Source: Candidatus Binataceae bacterium (lineage in GTDB: Bacteria; Desulfobacterota; Binatia; Binatales; Binataceae). From it: DNA of 52,027 nt. The notes below the pieces were generated by a model that was not told the origin of the DNA, made no database searches, and worked only from the letters and a program-made list of their open reading frames with translations. The translations under genes and the position numbers were made by a program. Positions 9,440 to 18,158 of this stretch are shown in pieces. The stretch spans positions 1-52,027 of the forward strand of contig JASHQJ010000178.1 of NCBI GenBank assembly GCA_030037595.1. The letters are read 5' to 3'. The first letter of the stretch is position 1, and every line of letters starts with the position of its first letter.

Positions 9440-9482
9440 ACACGGGCCGGGAGCGCGCGCGAAGCGTGCTTCCGGCCCGTGT
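9440..9482. terminator. bidirectional stem-loop between convergent genes
   Basis: ACACGGGCCGG (9440-9450) pairs perfectly with CCGGCCCGTGT (9472-9482), giving an 11-bp stem and a 21-nt loop. TTTAATT follows on the plus strand. Confidence 0.6.
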
Positions 9483-10103
9483 TTAATTGACGACGGCGGA
9501 TGGCGCCCGCGGCGCCAGCGCCGCGCACGCCATCCGCGCGAGTTCCTTCAGCCGCCGATGGAACATCGCCGGCTGCGTCACGGTCTTCTCGATTCCGCCC
9601 GCCGCCGCCATCAGCAGATCGACCAGCGCCGCGCCGTCGATTCCGCATGTGCCGGCGTCGATCTCGCCGCGATTCGTCGCCGCGTCGATCGTTTCGCGCA
9701 GGATCCGCGCGTACTTCTTTTCCGACGCGGTGAAGACATCAGCCGAGAGCCGGTTCTTCGAGTCCATCAGCTCGGCCGCGTGCGGCGAACGCTTTACCAG
9801 ATCAAAGTAAAGACCAAACTTCGCTTCCAGGATCGCCGCGAGCCGATTCTCGAGGGGCGCGTCGAGCGCCGCAGCCGCGGCGGCATCGGTCTCGACGCGT
9901 TGCGCAAGACTCTCGCAGAGCGCGCGAAAAATTTCTTCCTTGCTCTTGAAGCTTAGATAAACCGTGCCCTTGGCGATCTCCGCCTCTCGTGCGATGTCGT
10001 CGATCGAGGTGCGCCGATAGCCGTACTGGCTAAATAGTTTCTGCGCAGCCTCCAGGATCGCCGCGCGCTTGGCTTTCGGCGCACCTCGTTCGCGTTGGAT
10101 CAT
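9483..10103 (-). CDS. TetR/AcrR family transcriptional regulator
   Basis: The N-terminal HTH is AAILEAAQKLFSQYGYRRTSIDDIAREAEIAKGTVYLSFKSKEEIF. Its ATG overlaps the stop of the upstream SDR gene (ATGA). Confidence 0.9.
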   Translation of the reverse strand: MIQRERGAPKAKRAAILEAAQKLFSQYGYRRTSIDDIAREAEIAKGTVYLSFKSKEEIFRALCESLAQRVETDAAAAAALDAPLENRLAAILEAKFGLYFDLVKRSPHAAELMDSKNRLSADVFTASEKKYARILRETIDAATNRGEIDAGTCGIDGAALVDLLMAAAGGIEKTVTQPAMFHRRLKELARMACAALAPRAPSAVVN

Positions 10104-10927
10104 GCGGGCAATTGTAGCTGGCGCTGCGGCCTCACAACCATCTCGAAGATGTTGAGTTCGATCGGCTGCCTCACGGCATAGACTACCGCGCGGGCGACGT
10201 CGTCGGCTGAGGCGAGGAACAACTTGCCGGCCTTTGCGACCTGGTCGATTATCTCAGGCGGCATCTGCTCGCCTTGCTTGAAGTCGGCCTTGAGGCCCAG
10301 CGACGAAACGATTCCCTGCACGAATTCGGGCGGGAAATTGCGCGCGAAGTTGGTCGCCGTCGCGCCGGGCATGATGTTCACGACGCGGATCGAGTCGCCC
10401 TCGAGTTCCTTGCGCAGCGAGGTTGCAATCGAATTCACCGCCCACTTGGTTGAACCGTAAACGCCCGACGCTTCTGTCCGCCCCGCCACCGACGAGATAT
10501 TTACGATGTGCCCGTGGGCGCGGCAAGCACGCATCGCGCGGATCGCCGCCTGCGACCCGACCAGTAGCGAGAGCACGTTGACCTCGAGCATCTCGCGCCA
10601 TCGCTCCGGGTCGCCCTCGATTATCGAGCTTGGATATTCGAGCCCCGCGTTGTTGACCATAATGTCGAGCCGCCCGGTCTCCTTCGCCGCCCGCGCGATG
10701 AAATCCTGCAATGCCTTCACGTCGCGGATATCGAACGCGTGCGTCGTCGCCTTGCCCCCGAGCTTGTCGGCTTCGTGGGCGACTTCATCGAGCGAGGACT
10801 TGGTGCGGCCCGTGATGAAGATGTGCGCGCCCGCCTCGGTAAGGCGAAACGCGATTGCACGCCCGATTCCGCTCGAGGCGCCAGTGACGATCGCGGTGCG
10901 GCCCGAAAGTGCTTTTGCTTCTGCCAT
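10100..10927 (-). CDS. short-chain dehydrogenase/reductase (SDR)
   Basis: TGASSGIGRAIA cofactor motif, NNAG, and a catalytic Y-x3-K (YGSTKWAV). Confidence 0.9.
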   Translation of the reverse strand: MAEAKALSGRTAIVTGASSGIGRAIAFRLTEAGAHIFITGRTKSSLDEVAHEADKLGGKATTHAFDIRDVKALQDFIARAAKETGRLDIMVNNAGLEYPSSIIEGDPERWREMLEVNVLSLLVGSQAAIRAMRACRAHGHIVNISSVAGRTEASGVYGSTKWAVNSIATSLRKELEGDSIRVVNIMPGATATNFARNFPPEFVQGIVSSLGLKADFKQGEQMPPEIIDQVAKAGKLFLASADDVARAVVYAVRQPIELNIFEMVVRPQRQLQLPA

Positions 10928-10950
10928 GACCCTTGACCTCCGTGACTGAT

Positions 10951-10974
10951 TGACCGATTAAAATTAATCGGTCA
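10951..10974. promoter_or_regulatory. 24-nt palindromic operator candidate (probably for the adjacent TetR)
   Basis: TGACCGATTAA-AA-TTAATCGGTCA has perfect 11-bp arms. It lies 24 nt upstream of the SDR-TetR operon start, in a divergent intergenic region. Confidence 0.6.
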
Positions 10975-11115
10975 TCAGGTCTAACACGGCTGGAAGCGTG
11001 AGAGAAGAAGAAATCTTCGCGTCCGCTTGAGATCGCTTCGAGCGCCCCTTAGGTTCAGGATGGTTTGGCCTCGAAGGCGGCGTCCATGCATTTTGCCGCC
11101 TTGCGGAGCCGCATT

Positions 11116-11394
11116 ATGCCGCTACGAACGAAAATCGAATGCCCCAAGTGCGAGGCCGACCTCGTAGTCAAACGCGGCGGTGTATGTCCCAACTGCGGCG
11201 CGCCTATCAACGAGCACGTTGCGCGGGTGCGCGCGCGCGAGCGGCGAATCGAGCAGATAGTCGCGATCGTCGCGACCCTGCTGGTGCTGGGACTTTATCT
11301 TGTGACCAGCGGCTTCAGTTTAGTCGAGGGAATTGCTGTATATGCGGCCGCAGGCGGCGCGATGTACTTGCTCGCGCGGCGAACCTTTGTCTGA
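11116..11394 (+). CDS. small Zn-ribbon membrane protein (hypothetical)
   Basis: CPKCEADLVVKRGGVCPNC (CxxC-x10-CxxC) is followed by two hydrophobic segments (IVAIVATLLVLGLYLV and GIAVYAAAGGAMYLLA). ATG at 11116 has a GGAG 7 nt upstream. The start is uncertain (alternatives 11065 and 11086). Confidence 0.5.
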   Translation: MPLRTKIECPKCEADLVVKRGGVCPNCGAPINEHVARVRARERRIEQIVAIVATLLVLGLYLVTSGFSLVEGIAVYAAAGGAMYLLARRTFV

Positions 11395-11588
11395 GCGCGT
11401 GCTAATCCTGCGCTGCTGGCCAATTCTTAATCTTCACCTTTTGGTTGGCGTCTATGCCGTTCCTGTAACGCCGTCGTTGCTCACGACGTATCTGAATCCG
11501 GGAAGGATGGTGCAAAGGCGGAAATTTTGGCGCGCTGAGGCTGGCATCGCAAATGCTCATGCATCGTGAGACCAGGAGGGTCGGGCAC

Positions 11589-12506
11589 ATGAAGTCCAGG
11601 CAGAGGCTGATGTCCGCAGTGGTCGCCACGCTCGCGGTTTTCGTTGTTCCGCTAAGCGCCTGGGCGAAGAATCACAACAACAACTACACGAGCTATCGTT
11701 CGGCGGCCCCGAGCAGCACGCGAACCTTCAACACGCGCGCGAACAACTACACCGCGTTCAAGTCGACGTCCGGGACCTCGAGCTTCTTCCATCAGGCCGC
11801 ATCGAGCCTCTTCGGCGGACCTGCGAATCGCGGCCCCCTCTGGAACTCAACCGCTGTCAACACGCCGGCACGTTACTATGGGACGTCCCGGGCCTATACC
11901 AACTATGCAACGAGCTACGCCGCCGCTCCTTCAAGGCCGGTCTATTACGGCAACTACAGCGGATATCCCAACTACAGCGCATATCCCACGGCCTACGCTG
12001 CCGCGCCGTATAGCGGCTATGCCGCGCCATACTCCGGTTACGCGGCGCCGGCCACCGGATATGCGGCTCCATATGCATACGGCGGCGGCCCGTGCGGCAA
12101 TCCTTACAAGGCTGAAAAGCACCAGTACAACTTCACCAAGTTGATGAACGAGCGCCAGAATCTCAAGTCGGAGATCGCGCAGTCGAGCGCCTACGGCAAC
12201 TGGTCGAACGCGCATCGGCTGAACACGCAGCTCGAGTACGTCAACGAGCAGCTCGGCAACTTTAACCATACGTGTGGTGCGACCGCGGGTTATATGACGG
12301 CGCCGGCCACGGCATACATGGCGGCGCCCGCGATGGCTCCCACGACCTACTACGGCAGCGGCTACGGCTATAACGGCTACAATCGCTACAACGGTTACAA
12401 CAACGGCTACAACAACAACTACGGCGGCTACAACAGCTACGGCACGCCGTACGGTGGTGGCGGCTTGACCTCAATGCTGCCGCTGCTCGGCAACTTCATC
12501 CACTAA
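11589..12506 (+). CDS. secreted Tyr/Asn/Gly/Ala-rich low-complexity protein
   Basis: AGGAGG RBS, then ATG at 11589. The signal peptide is MKSRQRLMSAVVATLAVFVVPLSAWA. There are long Y/N/G/A/P/S-rich tracts and a central Cys-bounded helical segment (PCGNPYKAEKHQ…NFNHTCG). Confidence 0.75.
   Translation: MKSRQRLMSAVVATLAVFVVPLSAWAKNHNNNYTSYRSAAPSSTRTFNTRANNYTAFKSTSGTSSFFHQAASSLFGGPANRGPLWNSTAVNTPARYYGTSRAYTNYATSYAAAPSRPVYYGNYSGYPNYSAYPTAYAAAPYSGYAAPYSGYAAPATGYAAPYAYGGGPCGNPYKAEKHQYNFTKLMNERQNLKSEIAQSSAYGNWSNAHRLNTQLEYVNEQLGNFNHTCGATAGYMTAPATAYMAAPAMAPTTYYGSGYGYNGYNRYNGYNNGYNNNYGGYNSYGTPYGGGGLTSMLPLLGNFIH
12000..12083 (+). repeat. 4 x 21-nt in-frame tandem repeat (AAPYSGY heptads)
   Basis: Units at 12000-12020, 12021-12041, 12042-12062 and 12063-12083 encode AAPYSGY / AAPYSGY / AAPATGY / AAPYAYG. 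Confidence 0.8.
12348..12464 (+). repeat. degenerate GYN micro-repeat tract
   Basis: Encodes YYGSGYGYNGYNRYNGYNNGYNNNYGGYNSYGTPYGGGG from reiterated ggc-tac-aac codons. Confidence 0.7.
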
Positions 12507-12515
12507 GGTCGGTTC

Positions 12516-12563
12516 CCCGCTCTCAGAGCGGGCGGGCGCCCGTGTTCTCCCGGCCGGGCGCCC
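12516..12563. terminator. two GC-rich stem-loops between convergent genes
   Basis: CCCGCTC-tca-GAGCGGG (12516-12532) is one hairpin. Two copies of CGGGCGCCCGT (12533-12543 and 12555-12565) have a self-complementary GGGCGCCC core and can pair. No clear U-tract follows. Confidence 0.4.
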
Positions 12564-12572
12564 GTTCCTTTT

Positions 12573-13574
12573 CTAGGCGGCAGCGAGTTTTTCAATCGCG
12601 CTTAAGATTTTCTTTCGGCGCTCCTCGGGCGTCGGCGCGAATGACGAGAACTGCAGCGCCGTGGTCGTAATTCCGCCGCGCGCGTAATCCTCGAGCCGCC
12701 GCTTGCATTTCGCGGCGTTGCCGATGACGAAAATGTGCTCGACCATCTCGTCCGTGACCGCGTCCAGAGCCTTCTTGCGGTCGCCCGCATTCCACGCGTC
12801 GATCGCGGTCCCGGCCTCGTTCTCGAAGCCGATCTCGCGGAAGAACTTGTTGTACTGCGGCACCGTGACGTACGCGGTGAGCGAGCGCTTGAAGATGGTC
12901 CGCACCGTGCCCTCGTCCTCGTCAAGCGCGAGCATGATGCGGCAGGCGACGTCGAGCGTCGCCGGGTCCTTGCCCACGGAGCGCATGCCTTCGCGCGTAT
13001 GCTCGAGCATCGCGGGGAGAGTTTCGGGCGTGACGAAATTAACGATCAGCCCGTCGCCGATCTCGCCTGCGATCCGAAGCATCTTCGAGCCCTGCGCGCC
13101 GATGTAAATAGGCGGCGGCGTGTCGTATGGGATATCGATCCGAAAGCCGTTGATATGCACCATCTCGCCGTTGAAGGTGACTTTCTCGCCTTTGAAGATC
13201 TGGCGAATCGCGGCGACCGTTTCCTTCATCATCGTTACGGGTTTGCGAAACGGCACGCCCATCCAGCCCTGCATGATATTCGGCGTCGAGATGCCTAGGC
13301 CCAGGATAAAGCGGCCGCCGGAGAGCTGGTTGGTGGTGATCGCCGACATCGCAATCAGCGGCGCGGGGCGCGAGAAAACGGGCACGATCGCAGAGCCGAA
13401 GCGGAGCTTCGTCGTGACCATCGAGGCCGCGGCGATCGGATTGAACGCGTCTGCCCCGAATGATTCGTAAGACCACGCATCGGTGTAGCCGCATCGTTCA
13501 GCGGTACGCGCGAGCTCGGCGATATGGGGATTTTGAAAAGGTTCGTGCGGAATTGTGATTCCAGGTCGCATCAT
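12573..13574 (-). CDS. luciferase-like monooxygenase (LLM) class flavin/F420-dependent oxidoreductase
   Basis: ATG at 13574 (MMRPGITIPHEPF…) follows a GAGAGGAAA RBS. The track's 13754 start would overlap the upstream gene. The TIM-barrel LLM pattern SGGRFILGLGIS is present. Confidence 0.85.
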   Translation of the reverse strand: MMRPGITIPHEPFQNPHIAELARTAERCGYTDAWSYESFGADAFNPIAAASMVTTKLRFGSAIVPVFSRPAPLIAMSAITTNQLSGGRFILGLGISTPNIMQGWMGVPFRKPVTMMKETVAAIRQIFKGEKVTFNGEMVHINGFRIDIPYDTPPPIYIGAQGSKMLRIAGEIGDGLIVNFVTPETLPAMLEHTREGMRSVGKDPATLDVACRIMLALDEDEGTVRTIFKRSLTAYVTVPQYNKFFREIGFENEAGTAIDAWNAGDRKKALDAVTDEMVEHIFVIGNAAKCKRRLEDYARGGITTTALQFSSFAPTPEERRKKILSAIEKLAAA

Positions 13575-13660
13575 CGGATGTTTCCTCTCTCGGCCTCGGA
13601 ACTTAGCGCAACGCGCGCGCAGTCGCACAGCGGAGTGCCGCGCCTCCAGTTGACGGACCG

Positions 13661-16543
13661 TCAGGACGAAGCGGCCGAGGCTCGTGCGTTGAGCGCCTCC
13701 GCGAGATGCATCACGCGACGCGTCGGCAAGAAGTGGCGCACCTGCGAGCGGCATGAGAAGCCGTCGGCGATTACGATCGTGTCGGGCGGGGTCATTTCAA
13801 TTGCGGGGATCAGCACGCGGCGCGCGAGCGTGCGCGAAACTTCATAGTGCTCGCGATCATAACCAAATGCACCCGCCATCCCGCAGCACCCGGCGTCGAG
13901 CACATCGCAGTGTAGGTCCGGCAGCTTCGAGATGATCGAGACCTCGCTCTCGATTCCGGCGAGCGCTTTCTGATGACAATGTCCATGCAGCAGCGCGAAG
14001 CCTTTGATCGCATCGGCGGCAAACTCGATTCCTTCACGCGCGAGAAATTCGTCAAGCATCAGAGCGTTTGCCGCGATCGATTTCGCGGAAGGGTCCTCCG
14101 GGAAGAGCGAGGGCATCTCGTCGCGAAAGGTGAGGAGACAACTCGGCTCGAGACCGACGATCGGAGTGCCGCGCGCGGCGACGGATCCGAGCACATCGAT
14201 AATATCGCGCAGGCGCGCGCGCGCCCGATCGAGCATGCCCTGGTCATAGAGCGGCCGTCCGCAGCACAGGTCACGTGCTGGAATCGTCACGCGCAAGCCG
14301 GCTCGCTCGAGCAGCTCGACCGCGGCGATCGCGACTTCGGGCTCGAAGAAATTGTTGAAGGTGTCAGGAAAGAGCATCACCTCGCGCGACGCGTTCGCGC
14401 TGGCGGATCTTCGCGAGGCGAACCACGATCTGAAAGTCTGTCTCGCGAAGCGCGGAATCTGCCGCGCACGATGAATGCCGAGCACGCGCTTTCCAACCCT
14501 GCCGAGCATCGGCCCGCTCGCGAGCGAATTGGCAAGAGCCGGCGCGCGCTCCGCGACTCGCGCGGCCTCGTGCAGATGGCCGAAGAACCACGACGCGAGC
14601 GAGCGCGGATGCGTTCGGTAATAGTTGGCGAAGAACTCGGCGCGATAGGCGGCCATGTCGATCGACGACGGGCATTCGCTCTTGCACGCCTTGCACGAGA
14701 GGCAGAGATCGAGAGATTCCTTCAGCGCCTCGTCGCCGAACCCGGCCGGCAGCAGATCGGTTGACAGCGCCTCCAGGAGCAGCCGCGCGCGCCCGCGCGT
14801 CGAATGCTTTTCGTCGCGCGTCGCCATGTACGACGGGCACATCGTGGCCGCCTCGGTCTTGCGGCACTTGCCGATCCCGACGCACTTGAGCGCGGCGCCC
14901 GCGATTCCGCCCTCTTCGGCGAGGTCGAAGTGGGTCGTGACGCTGCGCGGCCAGAACTTCGCTCCGAGCTTCAGGTGCGAGTCGAGGGGATGCGGATCGA
15001 CGATCACGCCCGGGTTCATCATGCGGTCGGGATCGAACGCGAGCTTGAATGAGCGGAACGCGTCGATGAGATCCGGCTTGAACATCATCGGCAGGAGTTC
15101 CGAGCGCGCGATTCCGTCGCCATGCTCGCCCGAGATCGAGCCTCCTAGCTCCGTGACCAGCGCTCCGATTTCTTCCATCGCCGCGCGAAACGTCGCGATG
15201 CCTTTTTCCGCCGCGAGATCGAAGCTGATGCGCGCGTGGACGCATCCTTCGCCGAAATGTCCGTAGTAGGTCGAGATCGTGAGCCCATGGCGCGCGAGAA
15301 TCGAATCGAAACCGCGGAGATATTCGCCGAGGCGTGCGGGCGGCACGGCGCAATCCTCGGCGCCCGGCCACGTGCGCGGCCGTCCTTTGAAGTAAGCGCC
15401 TGAGCCGAGGCCGGACTCGCGGATGCGCCAGACGCCGGTCTGCTCACGTGTGTCGGTGAGGAGTGTCGTACCCGTGCATTCGCTGATTCGCTCGGCGTGC
15501 GCGATCATTCGCGCCGCGCGGTCGTTCGCCTCGGCGGCACTCGCGCCGCCGAGTTCGGCGATCAAAAAGGCGTTGCCTGCCGGGAGCAGATTAACCGCGG
15601 GCATCCGCTTGATGCGCGCGAAGTCGGGCAGTTGATGGTCGAACCCCTCGAGCGCTTCGGGATTATGGTCGAGCAACCAGGGCATTTGATCGGCGGCGCG
15701 AAACACGTCCCCGAATCCGAGCACGACCATCGCGGTTTGCTTGGGCCGCGGCACCGCGCTTACCCATGCTCGCGTCGTCAAGGCGAGCGTGCCCTCGGAG
15801 CCGACGATCGCGCGCGCGACATTGAAGTTCGCCTCGGGCAGAAGCTGATCGAGGTTGTAGCCGGAGACGCGGCGCGGGAGCTTGGGAAAATTCGCGCGCA
15901 CCGAATCGGAGGTGCGATCGCGCAGATCGCGGAGCTTCGCGTAGACGTCGCCCTCGCGGCCGCCGCGCGCGATCGCCGCCGCGAGTTCGTCAGCGCTCAT
16001 CGCGCCGCCGAAATGCATCCGCGTGCCGTCATAGAGAATCACGTCGAGCGCGGCGAGATTGTCCACGGTCTTGCCGTAGGCCGCAGAATGCGCGCCGCAC
16101 GAGTTGTTGCCGATCATACCGCCGAGCGTGCAGCGATCTTTGGTCGAGGGATCGGGCGCGAAGAAAAGGCCGTGCGGCGCGAGCGCCGAATCGAGCGCGC
16201 TCTGCACGCATCCAGGTTCGACCTGGGCGATGCGGCGCTCGGCGTCGATGCTCACGACGCGGTTCATGTACTTCGAGAAGTCGATCACGATCGCGGCGTT
16301 GCAGCATTGGCCGCCGAGCGCAGTGCCGCCGCCGCGGGCGAGTATCGGCATCTGATTTTCGCGCGCGACCGCGATCGCTGCGGCGACGTCACCCTCGTGG
16401 CGTGGGATCACGACGCCGATCGGCACCTGGCGATAGTTTGATGCGTCAGTCGCGTAAACGGCGCGCGTGCCTGCATCGAAGCGGACCTCGCCCTCGATTC
16501 GAGCGCGCAGGTACTTCTCGACGGCGGCGGTGGTCTGGTTCAC
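13661..16543 (-). CDS. FAD-binding oxidase fused to Fe-S/CCG domains (GlcD-GlcF-type, YdiJ-like 2-hydroxyacid oxidoreductase)
   Basis: 960 aa. The N-terminal FAD_binding_4 region includes PILARGGGTALGGQ. There are two ferredoxin-type Cys clusters (KCVGIGKCRK…MCPSY and CLSCKACKSECPS) and two CCG-type motifs (DLCCGRP and DAGCCGMAG). Confidence 0.9.
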   Translation of the reverse strand: MNQTTAAVEKYLRARIEGEVRFDAGTRAVYATDASNYRQVPIGVVIPRHEGDVAAAIAVARENQMPILARGGGTALGGQCCNAAIVIDFSKYMNRVVSIDAERRIAQVEPGCVQSALDSALAPHGLFFAPDPSTKDRCTLGGMIGNNSCGAHSAAYGKTVDNLAALDVILYDGTRMHFGGAMSADELAAAIARGGREGDVYAKLRDLRDRTSDSVRANFPKLPRRVSGYNLDQLLPEANFNVARAIVGSEGTLALTTRAWVSAVPRPKQTAMVVLGFGDVFRAADQMPWLLDHNPEALEGFDHQLPDFARIKRMPAVNLLPAGNAFLIAELGGASAAEANDRAARMIAHAERISECTGTTLLTDTREQTGVWRIRESGLGSGAYFKGRPRTWPGAEDCAVPPARLGEYLRGFDSILARHGLTISTYYGHFGEGCVHARISFDLAAEKGIATFRAAMEEIGALVTELGGSISGEHGDGIARSELLPMMFKPDLIDAFRSFKLAFDPDRMMNPGVIVDPHPLDSHLKLGAKFWPRSVTTHFDLAEEGGIAGAALKCVGIGKCRKTEAATMCPSYMATRDEKHSTRGRARLLLEALSTDLLPAGFGDEALKESLDLCLSCKACKSECPSSIDMAAYRAEFFANYYRTHPRSLASWFFGHLHEAARVAERAPALANSLASGPMLGRVGKRVLGIHRARQIPRFARQTFRSWFASRRSASANASREVMLFPDTFNNFFEPEVAIAAVELLERAGLRVTIPARDLCCGRPLYDQGMLDRARARLRDIIDVLGSVAARGTPIVGLEPSCLLTFRDEMPSLFPEDPSAKSIAANALMLDEFLAREGIEFAADAIKGFALLHGHCHQKALAGIESEVSIISKLPDLHCDVLDAGCCGMAGAFGYDREHYEVSRTLARRVLIPAIEMTPPDTIVIADGFSCRSQVRHFLPTRRVMHLAEALNARASAASS

Positions 16544-16588
16544 CGCACTGATTCTATTCCGACGGCGACAAAATGAAGAAGTCGGGTT

Positions 16589-17836
16589 CTAGATATCCTT
16601 CATGCCGGGCTTCGGAGCGCCGACCAGCGCGACCATCTTGCCCTCGGGCGCGCGGTTTTCCTGCATCGCCTGGTGGCATTCCGGAATTTCCTCGAAGCGG
16701 TACGTCTTCGCGAGGCAAGGATCGATCTTGCCGTCGAGAACTAACTGGTTGAACGCGTACGACTGTTCGTCGTTGGCGAAGTGCGAGCCCTGAAGGCGCT
16801 TCTGGCGCATCCAGAGGTAGCGTAGGTCGGCGACGGCATTGTAGCCGGTCGTGCCGGCGCAGATTACGACCATCCCGCCCGTGTCGCAGACGAAAACCGA
16901 CGTCGGAATCGTGTCTTCCCCCGGGTGCTCGAAGACGAGACGCGGACTCTTGCGCTCGCCGACGATATCCCAAATCGCTTTGCCGAAGGCACGGCACTCA
17001 GCGGCCCACTTGTTGTAGGAGTCGGTGTCTTTCCAGTGAGGCATCATGCCCCAGTGGAGATATTTCTTGCGGTTGATGATCCCTTTGGCGCCGAGCTTCA
17101 CGCAGAAATCGATCTTGCGATCGTCACCGACGACGCCGACCGGGATGCCTCCTTCAGCCTTGACAATCTGGATCGCCATGCATCCGAGACCGCCCGACGC
17201 GCCCCAGATGAGCACGACGTCGCCCTTGCGAATCGTATGCGGCGGCCATCCCATCAGCATGCGGAAGGCGGTCGCGCCGACCAGGGTCGGAGCGGCGGCT
17301 TCTTCCCACGTGAGATGCTTCGCCTTGGGCATACACTGATGCCCCTGCACCTTGGCGAATTGTGCGAAGCTGCCCCAATTGGTTTCGTAGCCCCAGATTT
17401 TGAACGACGGGTCGTACATCGGATCGTCGCCGTTGCGCTCGGCGTAGCAGTCGGGATCCCACACCCCGCAGTGGATGACGACGTGATCGCCCACCTTTAC
17501 GTTCTTCACGCCGGCGCCCGCCGCGTACACGATTCCCGAGGCGTCGCTGCCGCCGATGTGGAAATCCGATGAGTCGTACTTCGATTTTTGCCGCGCCGCG
17601 ATCACGTTGACGGGCGAGCCAAGCGCCGCCCACACGTTGTTAAAATTGACCCCCGCCGCCATCACGTAGACCAGCACCTCGTCGGGCTTGATCGGCGGAA
17701 CTGCGATACGCTCAACCTGGAACGCTCGCTTCGGCTCGCCGAAACGCTCGGCGCGAATGACCTGCGCCCACATCTCCTTCGGCACCTGGCCGATGGGGGG
17801 AACTTCGCCGATTTCGTAGCGGTCCTTCTTGGTCAT
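16589..17836 (-). CDS. ccr: crotonyl-CoA carboxylase/reductase-like enoyl-CoA (carboxylating) reductase
   Basis: 415 aa. [29 protein letters not shown]…[17 protein letters not shown]…[15 protein letters not shown]…VGDHVVIHC closely parallels the N-terminal half of characterised Ccr as I recall it (KDLYEIGEMPPLGHVPKEMYAW…VMAAGVNYN…[11 protein letters not shown]). Confidence 0.8.
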   Translation of the reverse strand: MTKKDRYEIGEVPPIGQVPKEMWAQVIRAERFGEPKRAFQVERIAVPPIKPDEVLVYVMAAGVNFNNVWAALGSPVNVIAARQKSKYDSSDFHIGGSDASGIVYAAGAGVKNVKVGDHVVIHCGVWDPDCYAERNGDDPMYDPSFKIWGYETNWGSFAQFAKVQGHQCMPKAKHLTWEEAAAPTLVGATAFRMLMGWPPHTIRKGDVVLIWGASGGLGCMAIQIVKAEGGIPVGVVGDDRKIDFCVKLGAKGIINRKKYLHWGMMPHWKDTDSYNKWAAECRAFGKAIWDIVGERKSPRLVFEHPGEDTIPTSVFVCDTGGMVVICAGTTGYNAVADLRYLWMRQKRLQGSHFANDEQSYAFNQLVLDGKIDPCLAKTYRFEEIPECHQAMQENRAPEGKMVALVGAPKPGMKDI

Positions 17837-17941
17837 CCTTGATCAGTTACCACCCGCGCGGGCGCGTCGAGGCCGCGGCGGATTGGCTCCGGTCTGATTT
17901 CGATTGCGGGCGTCAAAGGGGCGACGCAACTAGCTACCTGT

Positions 17942-17962
17942 TTATTGAGCATTTGACAATAA
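17942..17962. promoter_or_regulatory. inverted repeat TTATTG-N9-CAATAA overlapping a TTGACA hexamer
   Basis: It lies in the 322-bp AT-rich divergent region between ccr and the hot-dog/ACAD operon. TTGACA is at 17953-17958. Confidence 0.3.
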
Positions 17963-18009
17963 GCACCTTCCAGTCGTTAGGCTGGAGACTCCCTATGCCC
18001 GAGGTTCGG

Positions 18010-18037
18010 TTGACGCGTGCCATGAATTCCATAATAA
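18010..18037 (+). promoter_or_regulatory. candidate promoter for the 18159 operon
   Basis: TTGACG (18010-18015), a 16-nt spacer, then TAATAA (18032-18037). Confidence 0.3.
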
Positions 18038-18158
18038 ACGGTCTCACCCCCGGCCGTTCGGCGCCAGACGAAATCGCATTGCGGCCCCTTGAGTCATCGC
18101 GTCGTATGAGGAGCCGGGCTAATATCCGGAGTCACCAAAAGAAGCCAGGCTAATTCAT

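Noticed and set aside
12533-12565. Direct repeat CGGGCGCCCGT x2, considered as a mini CRISPR-like or repeat array
   Set aside because: There are only two copies with a 22-nt period. They sit between convergent stops and are self-complementary, so terminator-type secondary structure explains them better.
13575-13754. 60-codon N-terminal extension of the LLM gene
   Set aside because: It overlaps the 3' end of the FAD/Fe-S gene. The internal ATG at 13574 has a good RBS and matches the usual LLM N-terminus.
17839-18153. 104-aa ORF filling the ccr / hot-dog divergent intergenic region
   Set aside because: It has a non-ATG start and no RBS. Its AT-rich promoter-like sequence contains -35/-10-like hexamers, and the amino-acid composition is not protein-like.
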